From NCBI GenBank assembly GCA_027319565.1, contig DAHVNA010000014.1, forward strand, positions 1-50,370: a DNA stretch of 50,370 bases. Reading direction: 5' to 3'. Source of the DNA: Elusimicrobiota bacterium. GTDB taxonomy: Bacteria > Elusimicrobiota > Elusimicrobia > UBA1565 > UBA9628. The notes below the pieces were generated by a model. That model had not been told where the DNA came from. It saw nothing but the letters and a program-made list of their open reading frames with translations, and did not search any database. The number at the start of each line of letters is the position of its first letter. Position 1 is the first letter of the stretch. A program made the position numbers and the translations under genes. Below, one piece after another: positions 42,238 to 50,370 of the stretch.

Positions 42238-43224
42238 ATGGACTTGACCACGCTTCTAGGAATAACTGGCGCGGCAGCTCTCGCTTTCGTCAACGGCGCC
42301 AACGATATATCAAAGTCCATCGCCACCTTGGTCGGAAGCGGTGAGTCAAGTTACAAGAGGGCCGTGATCCTTGTCGCCCTGAGTACTGCCGCGGGAGCGA
42401 TCCTCGCTTCCGCCTGGGCCGTCAAGATGACTCTCCTTTTCACCAGAGGAATGCTGTCTCCGCATATTAAAATCAACGAAATTTTCGCCTTAGCGGTTCT
42501 CGCCGGAGCCATTCTCTGGATTCTGATGGCGACGAAAATCGGACTTCCAGTCTCTACCACTCACGCCATCGTAGGCAGCGTCATTTTGACTGGCGTCTAC
42601 GCCTTTGGCTTTCGCAACGTCTTCTGGTCAAGTCTAACGCGAAATGTGGTCCTGCCGCTCCTTGTTTCCCCCATCGCCGCTTTTGTCGCGGCCCGTTTGA
42701 TCTTTCAGGGATTGTTTTGGCTCTGCCGCAAAAAATATTGTCTCAACTGTCACTGGGCGCATTGGATGAGCGCGATGTCAAGCGGCTTCGCGCGTGGGCT
42801 CAACGATACTCCAAAAATCGCCGCCTTCGGGTTTATCTTCTACTATATCCTCGACCCTCAAACTCATATCGCGCCAAAGTGGTTTTTTCTGATTCTAGCC
42901 ACCGCAATGGCCTCGGGAGCAATCGCCATGGGTCTACAGGTGACGAAAACACTCGCCGAGAAGATTACACAAATGGACCATCTGGAAGGTTTTGCCGCCA
43001 ATCTCGCGACCTCCATGTTGGTCATCATAGGTGCAATCGCAGGTTGGCCTATGTCGACAACTCATGTCGCCAGCGGCGGCATCATGGGAATCGGCCTCCG
43101 CAACGGAGAAAAGACCATCGATTGGAAAACGGTGGGCGAGATATTAGCGGCATGGGTCATTACATTGCCAGTCTCCGGGATGATGGGCATGGCGGCTTAT
43201 TGGGCTTTTAAAAAATTAAAATAA
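42238..43224 (+). CDS. PiT-family (PHO4) oxyanion transporter
   Basis: NGAND, PVSTTHA, GLND..K, PMSTTH; real start ATG 42238 (the track's upstream extension overlaps the sigma gene). Confidence 0.88.
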   Translation: MDLTTLLGITGAAALAFVNGANDISKSIATLVGSGESSYKRAVILVALSTAAGAILASAWAVKMTLLFTRGMLSPHIKINEIFALAVLAGAILWILMATKIGLPVSTTHAIVGSVILTGVYAFGFRNVFWSSLTRNVVLPLLVSPIAAFVAARLIFQGLFWLCRKKYCLNCHWAHWMSAMSSGFARGLNDTPKIAAFGFIFYYILDPQTHIAPKWFFLILATAMASGAIAMGLQVTKTLAEKITQMDHLEGFAANLATSMLVIIGAIAGWPMSTTHVASGGIMGIGLRNGEKTIDWKTVGEILAAWVITLPVSGMMGMAAYWAFKKLK

Positions 43225-43243
43225 GGAATACAGGAGAAAATAC

Positions 43244-45769
43244 ATGGAAACACAACTCATTGAAATCAAAGCCGACACGATTTTTTACAAGCCAGAGCTT
43301 CACTGCTGGCAAAAAGACGGGCTTTATTTCGCCCTTGACCCTGATTCTCCAAACTGGGTCTCGACCGATGAGCGAGGGAAAAATATTTTGGATCTTATCG
43401 ATGGGAAAAATCCAGTCTCTGAAATTTTAAGGCTTTACTCCCAAAAAACCGGCTTGGACTATGGAAAAACCTGGCGGGACATCCACTCTTTTTTGCGCGA
43501 AGCCGAAAGAAAAGAAATTATTTCCCCAAAGCCCTTCAATCGCCCCCCTTATGAAGGACGCGCACGACATTTAAAGATGGGAAAATTGAAAGAGTTTTGG
43601 ATACATCTTCTTCAAACCTGCAATCTGTCCTGTTCTCATTGCCTGGTTTCCTCCGACCCCCACGGCGAGAAAGGAGAGAGCAAAGACTTTTATTTAAAAG
43701 CGATTGACGAAGCTTTCGATCTCGGAGTCAGGCGCTTCTATTTCACGGGAGGAGAACCCTTTATTTATGATGGGATATTCGATCTCATCAGCCACATCGT
43801 TGAAGCAAAGAAGGCGGAACTCATTGTCCTAACCAACGCGACCCTGCTTCAGGGAGAAAGACTGCGGAAAATCGAGAAATTTGACCCTAATCTTCTTAAA
43901 TTCCAGGTCAGCCTGGATGGGACGACTTCGGAAATCAACGACCCCATTCGCGGCGCGGGCGTATTCAAAAAAGCCTCGAAGGGACTTCTCAACTTAAGCC
44001 GCCTGGGATTTGAAGCCTCTTTAACTGCAGTTGTCACCAAATCCAATATCGAAGACCTTAAAAATTTACCAAAAATCGCCAAGGAGCTGGGGGCAAAATC
44101 CGTCCATCTCATGTGGCTCCACAAACGCGGCCGCATTCTCAACTCGGACGAAAACGGAAATCCGCCATCGAATACGGAACTCCTCGATCTCACACGACAC
44201 GTAAGAAGCGCGGCCAAAGAATACGGGATTGTCTTTGACAACTTTGAGTCTATTTTAAGCCGCATCAACGGCAAGGCGGGGGTTAAATACGATTTGGGAA
44301 ATCTCTGCTGGGAAAGTTTGTGCCTCTATCGTGACGGCGGCGTCTACCCATCGGCCGCGACAGCGGGAATTTCCACCCTGGAGTTAGGAAACGCGAAATC
44401 ATCCCGGCTTGCCGCACTGTGGGAAAAAAGTTCCGTGGCCCAATTATTCCGCGAAACAAGCGTCATTCAAAAAAGATCTCTTTTAAATCATCCTTTCCGC
44501 TTTTTAAGCGGCGGCGGAGACATGGAGCACTCATACTTTTTCAGTTCCAATGGAACGGAAGGCTCGATTTTAGCGGATGACCCTTATCATGAGCTCTACG
44601 TTGATATGATTAAAGACGCGATAGCGGAGCTTGCCCTGCGCGCCCAAAAATCCCAGAACATGAAGTCGGGATTTAATCCCCCCACCATTTATCACGCAAT
44701 GGGAGACGGCGGAATTTCCTGCAGCGAGGACGCCCAAGATTGGCTCATCGGACATGAAGTAAAACCAACGCGATTTCTCCACACCAATTGCGTTCTTTCC
44801 TTCGATGTGGAAAAACCCTACCGCATAGTCCAAAAATTTTATGGACAAGCGGCCACTGAACCGCAAAAAGAGCTCTGTTGCCCGGTCAAATACGACGAAG
44901 CCGAGGTCGGCCATATTCCCAAAGATGTCTTGGATCGCTTCTACGGCTGCGGTTCTCCTATCTCTGAGGCGCAAATCACCCCGGGAGAAACGATCCTCGA
45001 CCTCGGTTCAGGAGCCGGCATAGACTGCTTTATCGCCGCTAAAAAAACCGGCCCCAAGGGACGAGTGATTGGAGTCGACATGACCAGCGAAATGCTGGCC
45101 GTCGCCCGCAGATGCCAAAAAGACGTCGCCTCAGCCTTGGGTTATGATGTCGTCGATTTCAAGGAAGGATTTCTTGAAAAAATTCCCACAAAAGATAAAA
45201 GCGTGGATATTGTGACATCCAACTGCGTCATCAATCTCTCGCCGGATAAAGCAAAGGTCTTTTCGGAAATTTGGCGCATCTTGAAAGACAACGGGCGGAT
45301 GGTCGTCGCCGATATCGTATCTGAAAATCCCGTGCCCCTCAACCTCCAAGCGCACAAAGACCTATGGGGAGAATGCATCTCGGGTTCTCTGTCCGAGGCG
45401 GAGTTTCTAGCGGGACTTGAACGAGCGGGATTTTATGGAATTCGCGTCCTAAAAAAAACCTTTTGGAAGGAAGTGGAAGGCTATCCCTTCTATTCGATTA
45501 CCGTCAGAGGTTTTAAATACGAAAAGAAATCCGCCTGTTCTTTTATCGGCCAAAAGGCTGTCTATTGGGGCCCGTATAAGGCGGTCATCGACGAAGAAGG
45601 GCATCTTTTCCCTCGCGGAGAATTAGTGGAGGTCTGCACCGACACGACATCCAAGCTCGCGACGCCGCCTTATGCCGGAGATTTTAGCGTCATCAAATCT
45701 AGCGAATCCCTTGAAAAACCGTCCGTTCCCGAAGGCGCTTGTTGCAGCCCGGAAAAAGCTTGCTGCTAA
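43244..45769 (+). CDS. Fusion: PqqD/RRE-like + radical SAM + degenerate SPASM-like + ArsM-like methyltransferase
   Basis: CNLSCSHC, FTGGEP, QVSLDG; LDLGSGAG.D; ArsM Cys motifs CCP, YGCG, SNCVINL, WGEC; terminal CC..CC. Confidence 0.82.
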   Translation: METQLIEIKADTIFYKPELHCWQKDGLYFALDPDSPNWVSTDERGKNILDLIDGKNPVSEILRLYSQKTGLDYGKTWRDIHSFLREAERKEIISPKPFNRPPYEGRARHLKMGKLKEFWIHLLQTCNLSCSHCLVSSDPHGEKGESKDFYLKAIDEAFDLGVRRFYFTGGEPFIYDGIFDLISHIVEAKKAELIVLTNATLLQGERLRKIEKFDPNLLKFQVSLDGTTSEINDPIRGAGVFKKASKGLLNLSRLGFEASLTAVVTKSNIEDLKNLPKIAKELGAKSVHLMWLHKRGRILNSDENGNPPSNTELLDLTRHVRSAAKEYGIVFDNFESILSRINGKAGVKYDLGNLCWESLCLYRDGGVYPSAATAGISTLELGNAKSSRLAALWEKSSVAQLFRETSVIQKRSLLNHPFRFLSGGGDMEHSYFFSSNGTEGSILADDPYHELYVDMIKDAIAELALRAQKSQNMKSGFNPPTIYHAMGDGGISCSEDAQDWLIGHEVKPTRFLHTNCVLSFDVEKPYRIVQKFYGQAATEPQKELCCPVKYDEAEVGHIPKDVLDRFYGCGSPISEAQITPGETILDLGSGAGIDCFIAAKKTGPKGRVIGVDMTSEMLAVARRCQKDVASALGYDVVDFKEGFLEKIPTKDKSVDIVTSNCVINLSPDKAKVFSEIWRILKDNGRMVVADIVSENPVPLNLQAHKDLWGECISGSLSEAEFLAGLERAGFYGIRVLKKTFWKEVEGYPFYSITVRGFKYEKKSACSFIGQKAVYWGPYKAVIDEEGHLFPRGELVEVCTDTTSKLATPPYAGDFSVIKSSESLEKPSVPEGACCSPEKACC

Positions 45770-45778
45770 TGCCCCAAC

Positions 45779-46462
45779 ATGAAATTTTCCATCGTCATTC
45801 CGACCTTCAACGAAGAAAAGTCCATTGCAAAGACTCTTTCTCTATTGAGGAGTCAGGCCCAGGAAAGCGAATTAGAAATAATCGTAGTCGATGCGCATAG
45901 TTCTGACAGAACGGTGGAGCTGGCTGAGAAACTCGCGGATCAAACGATTTTCTCGCCTCCGGGCCGCGCCATTCAAATGCACAAAGGAGCCCTCGCCGCT
46001 TCGGGAGAATTACTCGTTTTTCTCCATGCCGACACGCGCCTGCCGGCGTCTTGGGTCCACGCCGCCTTAAAGGCTTTCGCTGTTCTTCCAAGGCCTGCGG
46101 CCTTGGCGTTTCGACTTCGCTTTGACAGAGACGAGTTTGTTTACCGCTTTATCGCCCAGGCCTCTTATTGGAGAAGTCTATTGACCGGAGTCCCCCTCGG
46201 CGATCAAGCCCTCATCATTTCAAAGGAATTGTATTTTCGGAGCGGAGGGTTTCCGCCAGTCCCCATCTTCGAGGAATATTTTTTGATAAAAAATCTCAAG
46301 AGCCTGGGAAGAGTTCAAATTCTGGAAGATTCGGTCACGACATCCTCGCGGAGATACGAGAAAAATGGCCCGCTTTCCAACGCGTTGAAAAATTCCTGGA
46401 TCACTTTTTTGTTTTATCTTGGGATTTCGCCTTCCGTTTTGGCGCGGATGTATAAGCCCTAA
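45779..46462 (+). CDS. GT2 glycosyltransferase (TIGR04283-like, arsenosugar-cluster associated)
   Basis: SIVIPTFNEE, GRA.QM..GA, FLHADT, GDQAL, GGFP, TSSRRY. Confidence 0.85.
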   Translation: MKFSIVIPTFNEEKSIAKTLSLLRSQAQESELEIIVVDAHSSDRTVELAEKLADQTIFSPPGRAIQMHKGALAASGELLVFLHADTRLPASWVHAALKAFAVLPRPAALAFRLRFDRDEFVYRFIAQASYWRSLLTGVPLGDQALIISKELYFRSGGFPPVPIFEEYFLIKNLKSLGRVQILEDSVTTSSRRYEKNGPLSNALKNSWITFLFYLGISPSVLARMYKP

Positions 46463-47122
46463 ATGAACGCCCTCATTGTTTTCGTTAAGGATCCAATCCC
46501 GGGCAAGGTCAAGACGCGGCTTTGCCCTCCGTTCTCATATGATCAGGCCGCGAGCCTTTACAAATCTTTCGCCGAAGACGTCCTCGAATCGGCTCTCCAA
46601 GTGAGAAATGCGAACATTTTCGCCGCTTACGCCGGCGAAAAATCTCCGCCCAGTTTATTAGAGAAGCGCCCAAAAATTAGCTCGTTTAGACAGGAGGGCC
46701 CCGATCTCGGATTCAAACTCATTAACGCCTTTAAAACCGCGTTTGCCGAAAAAAACTCAAAGGCTGTCATTATCGGATCGGACGCCCCGCAGATCTCCCC
46801 GCGAATTGCCGAAGAGGCCTTTGAGGCGCTTGAGATTGCCGACATGGTTTTAGGGCCAGCCGAGGACGGCGGATATTATCTTATAGCGCTCAAAAGAATC
46901 ATCCCTGAACTGTTCTTTGAAATTCCCTGGTCCACAGAAAAAGTTTTGAGCGAAACTCTGTCTCGCGCCCAAAACCTCGGCCTCAAAATCAAACTCTTGC
47001 CGACGCTCTTTGACATAGACAATTATGACAATCTCCAAAAACTAATCAAGACTCTTGAGTCTCTGCCGAAAACCAGCTGCCCCGCCACCCGAAAAGCCCT
47101 GGCGGAATTTTCCCACCTGTAA
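46463..47122 (+). CDS. DUF2064/TIGR04282-like transferase
   Basis: FVK.P.PGKVKTRL, Q.G.DLG, IIGSD.P, LGPAEDGGYYLI, IPWST, DID. Confidence 0.87.
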   Translation: MNALIVFVKDPIPGKVKTRLCPPFSYDQAASLYKSFAEDVLESALQVRNANIFAAYAGEKSPPSLLEKRPKISSFRQEGPDLGFKLINAFKTAFAEKNSKAVIIGSDAPQISPRIAEEAFEALEIADMVLGPAEDGGYYLIALKRIIPELFFEIPWSTEKVLSETLSRAQNLGLKIKLLPTLFDIDNYDNLQKLIKTLESLPKTSCPATRKALAEFSHL

Positions 47123-47146
47123 CATTTCGCCGTTTAAGGCGACTCA
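47118..47146 (+). promoter_or_regulatory. Candidate ECF sigma promoter, copy 3
   Basis: TGTAACATTT-N13-GACTCA, overlapping the upstream TAA stop. Confidence 0.75.
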
Positions 47147-47190
47147 TTAAAAGAGAAATAAACTCATGAAAATCAAAGGAGGAGAAAATT

Positions 47191-47322
47191 ATGGCTCTTA
47201 TGTGTCAGATGGGATCGTGCAAGGCAAAACAGGGGATGTGCGGCCACGAGAAAATGATGCTTCTGGCGGTCATGCTCATCTCAGCGGGAGCGGCGGGGCA
47301 TTGGCTATTGCATTTATTTTAG
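47191..47322 (+). CDS. Unlisted 43-aa Cys/Met/His-rich peptide with hydrophobic C-terminus
   Basis: AAGGAGGAG RBS; MALMCQMGSCKAKQGMCGHEKMMLLAVMLISAGAAGHWLLHLF*. Confidence 0.65.
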   Translation: MALMCQMGSCKAKQGMCGHEKMMLLAVMLISAGAAGHWLLHLF

Positions 47323-48122
47323 GCCTTGGTCTTGCGGCAAAACCAGCGCGGGCCGGAGTTGAAAGACTCTCCGGCCCGACGGCTTTGTGGAATCAAGTCC
47401 TTATGTCCTATGTCCACAACGCCCGGGTGGATTACGCGGATTTACAAGCCCATCCTGAAATATTGAATCAATACATAAAATCCTTAGCTATCAAGCCGCG
47501 TGAAAAACACGCCCAAGAAAATCTCGATACAAAAATCGCATTCTTAATCAACGCTTATAACGCCTTGACGATGAAGACGATTATCGATCATTATCCGATC
47601 CAATGGTCCTGGGCAGCGTCTCTTATTTATCCCAAAAATAGCATTCGCCAAATTCCGGGAGTTTGGGATCGCTTGAAATTTAACGTCATGGGCCAAGAAA
47701 TGACCTTACAGGAAATCGAAAATACCCTCCGGGGCCTTGGCGACCCGCGCATTCACATGGCGATTGTCTGCGCTTCCAAAGGCTGCCCGCCGTTGAGATC
47801 CGAGCCCTATCTCGGCAAAAAACTCAGCGCTCAACTTGACGATCAAACGCGCCGATTTTTGTCGAATCCAAAAAAATTCGCGATTGATAAAAAAGCTGGC
47901 GTCGTTTATCTTTCCCCCATTTTTAAATGGTTTGGAGGAGATTTTGCGTCCAAATTCGAGCCCGGAATTGGTTTTGAAGGGCAAAACGCGAATGTGCGCG
48001 CGGCGTTAAATTTCATCAGCGGCTATTTAAGCGTTGACGACGCTCTTTATCTGCGCGGCGGAGCCTACCAAGTTGAGTACCTCGCCTATGACTGGTCGCT
48101 CAATGAATGGAAAAAGCAATGA
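47301..48122 (+). CDS. Exported DUF547-domain protein
   Basis: VDY, AFLINAYNA, DPRIH.AIVCASKGCPPL, LSPIFKWF..DF, YDWSLN. Likely TTG start at 47301 giving a signal peptide; the track start is 47166. Confidence 0.85.
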   Translation: MAIAFILGLGLAAKPARAGVERLSGPTALWNQVLMSYVHNARVDYADLQAHPEILNQYIKSLAIKPREKHAQENLDTKIAFLINAYNALTMKTIIDHYPIQWSWAASLIYPKNSIRQIPGVWDRLKFNVMGQEMTLQEIENTLRGLGDPRIHMAIVCASKGCPPLRSEPYLGKKLSAQLDDQTRRFLSNPKKFAIDKKAGVVYLSPIFKWFGGDFASKFEPGIGFEGQNANVRAALNFISGYLSVDDALYLRGGAYQVEYLAYDWSLNEWKKQ

Positions 48123-48817
48123 AACATCTTAAAATTATTCTGACCGCCCTTTTGACCGCGGCTCTCATCATTTTCTCCCGGCATTTTAACGCGTCGGGAC
48201 TTTTAAAAGAGTCTCTGGAATCCATAAAAAATCTCGGTCCTTGGGCGCCGCTGATCTTTATCGCCCTTTATGTCGCGACCACGGTCCTGCTTATTCCCGG
48301 TTCCATTTTAACCTTGGGATCCGGAGTTCTCTTCGGCGTTTTTTGGGGAACCTTTTACGTCTCAATTGCCTCCACCATCGGCGCGATGGCGGCTTTCGCC
48401 CTTGGGAGAGGATTCGCCAGGGATTGGATTTCCCGAAAAATAAAATCAAATTCCTCTTTTAACGCCGTCTCTCAAGCGGCCGCCCGCGAAGGCTGGAAAA
48501 TCGTCGTTTTGACGCGCCTCTCGCCGATTTTCCCGTTTAACCTCCTCAATTACGCCTTCGGCCTTACTGACGTCTCTTTCCGCGACTATGTCTTCGCTTC
48601 CTGGATTGGGATGCTCCCGGGAACAATCCTTTATGTTTACATTGGTTCTTTAGCCGGAGATTTGGCGCGAGTTGGGATTTCCTCTGGGCATTCCCGCCCC
48701 CCGGTTGAATGGGCTTTTTATTCCGTCGGTCTTCTCGCGACCATCGCCGTTTCCATTTACATCGGCCGCATCGCAAAGGCCGCAATCGCCCAAAAAACCT
48801 CAAAGGAGGCGTTATGA
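48119..48817 (+). CDS. TVP38/TMEM64 (VTT, DedA superfamily) membrane protein
   Basis: PGSILTLG.G..FG, RLSPIFPFNLLNYAFGLT, GMLPGT; ATGA overlap with the DUF547 stop. Confidence 0.9.
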   Translation: MKHLKIILTALLTAALIIFSRHFNASGLLKESLESIKNLGPWAPLIFIALYVATTVLLIPGSILTLGSGVLFGVFWGTFYVSIASTIGAMAAFALGRGFARDWISRKIKSNSSFNAVSQAAAREGWKIVVLTRLSPIFPFNLLNYAFGLTDVSFRDYVFASWIGMLPGTILYVYIGSLAGDLARVGISSGHSRPPVEWAFYSVGLLATIAVSIYIGRIAKAAIAQKTSKEAL

Positions 48818-50334
48818 CCTTGGAAACTCATCTTGCTCCGGAAGACGAACACAACCAGTTTCTGCTTTCAAATGTCCACCCAAAGGATTGGAAAAATCCG
48901 CGGGCGGCGGCGAAATACGACTTGGCGGTTATCGGGGGCGGAACCGCAGGACTAGTCAGCGCGGCGGGAGCGGCGGGTCTGGGAGCCAAAGTCGCGCTAA
49001 TTGAAAGACATTTTCTGGGCGGAGATTGCTTAAATGTCGGTTGCGTGCCGTCGAAAGCCCTCATTCGAGCCTCTCGCGCGGCCTTTGACGCTCGCGCCGC
49101 CAGAGATTTTGGAGTCAACGTCCCCGAGGGCGTGGCGGCCAATTTTCCAAGAATCATGGAGAGAATGCGAAAACTTCGCTCGAGCCTTAGCCCGCATGAC
49201 TCGGCCGCGAGGTTTAAAGAACTGGGAGTCGACGTGTTTTTGGGAGACGGAAAATTCACCTCGCCAGATGCGCTCGAGGTCGATGGGCAGCGATTATTTT
49301 TTTCAAAAGCGGTGATCGCCTCGGGGGCGCGGGCCGCCAAACTTCCAATCCCGGGCTTGTGGGATGCGGGAGCCTTAAGCAATGAAGAGGTTTTTAACCT
49401 GGCGGAGCTTCCCAAGCGGCTTCTGGTCATCGGCGCCGGCCCCATCGGAGTTGAAATGGCGCAAGCATTCGCGCGTTTTGGTTCTCAAGTCACTCTTTTT
49501 GAAACCATGCATGGGATTTTGCCTAGGGAAGACAAAGACGCTTCCGCGATCGTCCAAAAGTCATTGGAAAAAGACGGGGGCAATTTCTTTTGTTGCGTTG
49601 AAATTGAAGGCGTTGAACGCAGAAACAATGAAACCCATGTCCACTTTAAATCTAAGCATGAAACCTGGGGCGAAAAAATCTTTGACGCGGTCTTAGTCGG
49701 AGTCGGCCGCGCCCCCAACACCGAAGGCCTGGGGCTTGAAAAGGCTCAGGTTCAATTCGATAAAAACGGCGTCAAGGTTAATGATTTTCTTCAAACCTCC
49801 AACCCAAAAATTTTCGCGGCGGGAGACATCTGTTCTGTTTACAAATTCACCCATGCCGCCGATGCCATGGCCCGCATCGTCATTCAAAACGCGCTTTTTC
49901 TGGGGCGCAAGCGCGCAAGCTCGTTGATCATTCCATGGAGCGTCTACTCCGATCCCGAAATCGCCCATGTCGGGCTTTATGAAGCGGAGGCCGTCAATCG
50001 AAAAATTTCCGTTGAAACCTTCATCCAAAAATTCGAGGATGTCGACCGCGCCGTTCTCGATGGAGAATCGGAAGGCTTTGTTAAAATTCACGTTCGCAAG
50101 GGAACCGATAAAATACTCGGCGCTACGATTGTTTCAAGGCACGCCGGGGAAATGATTGGAGAAATCACGTTAGCCATGACAAATAATCTCGGGCTTAAGG
50201 CCATCGCCCAAACAATTCATCCCTATCCCACGCAAACCGAAAGCGTCAAGAAAACGGCCGACGCCTACAACAGAAGTCGCCTGACGCCCTTCGTCAAATC
50301 CGTTTTAGCCAAATGGCTGAGCTGGGGGAGATAA
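48814..50334 (+). CDS. FAD-dependent pyridine nucleotide-disulfide oxidoreductase (MerA/Lpd-like, no C-terminal CC)
   Basis: GGDCLNVGCVPSK, GAGPIG, FTHAA, IHPYPT; start 48814 after AAGGAGG. Confidence 0.88.
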   Translation: MTLETHLAPEDEHNQFLLSNVHPKDWKNPRAAAKYDLAVIGGGTAGLVSAAGAAGLGAKVALIERHFLGGDCLNVGCVPSKALIRASRAAFDARAARDFGVNVPEGVAANFPRIMERMRKLRSSLSPHDSAARFKELGVDVFLGDGKFTSPDALEVDGQRLFFSKAVIASGARAAKLPIPGLWDAGALSNEEVFNLAELPKRLLVIGAGPIGVEMAQAFARFGSQVTLFETMHGILPREDKDASAIVQKSLEKDGGNFFCCVEIEGVERRNNETHVHFKSKHETWGEKIFDAVLVGVGRAPNTEGLGLEKAQVQFDKNGVKVNDFLQTSNPKIFAAGDICSVYKFTHAADAMARIVIQNALFLGRKRASSLIIPWSVYSDPEIAHVGLYEAEAVNRKISVETFIQKFEDVDRAVLDGESEGFVKIHVRKGTDKILGATIVSRHAGEMIGEITLAMTNNLGLKAIAQTIHPYPTQTESVKKTADAYNRSRLTPFVKSVLAKWLSWGR

Positions 50335-50370
50335 AACAGCGCCTCGGCATTTATTGCGACAGGATTTCCC

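Noticed and set aside
38319..50334. Selenocysteine read-through in the redox or arsenic genes
   Set aside because: Catalytic positions are Cys codons and the ORFs appear full length; no in-frame TGA at a motif position was noticed

Overview
Bacterial chromosomal window from a diderm (lolE/lolD, an LPS heptose epimerase, a beta-barrel OMP). The gene style, including a C-terminal 'FPNPF' Ig-like sorting domain, suggests an Elusimicrobiota-like organism, which is inference only. Bases 1-35.6 kb are mostly minus-strand housekeeping genes: lolD/lolE, lysS, two receiver proteins, smpB, coaX, mdh, a methylmalonyl-CoA pathway split by PilB and GAF-HD-GYP genes, S8 protease, a non-canonical EF-P, ackA/phosphoketolase, rsmA, ClC, an atp operon with an hldD/rfaD-like gene wedged between atpA and atpG, and prfC. 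From 35.7 kb to the end is a metal(loid) island. It holds a co-transcribed merR-merTP-merA operon, a bufferin-type MNIO RiPP cluster (precursor/DUF692/DUF2063), and an ECF sigma/ZAS anti-sigma/redoxin operon. It also holds an arsenosugar-like cluster built around an 841-aa RRE-like/radical SAM/Cys-less SPASM-like/ArsM fusion. The main observations read directly from the DNA are (i) three exactly spaced copies of TGTAACATTT-N13-GACT(T/C)A in front of the bufferin precursor, the PiT/rSAM-ArsM operon and the DUF547 operon, defining a candidate ECF regulon, and (ii) an unlisted 43-aa Cys/Met/His peptide gene (47191-47322) with a strong RBS behind the third copy. No rRNA, tRNA, CRISPR array, transposase or integrase was recognised. 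All family assignments come from motif recognition, not database searches.
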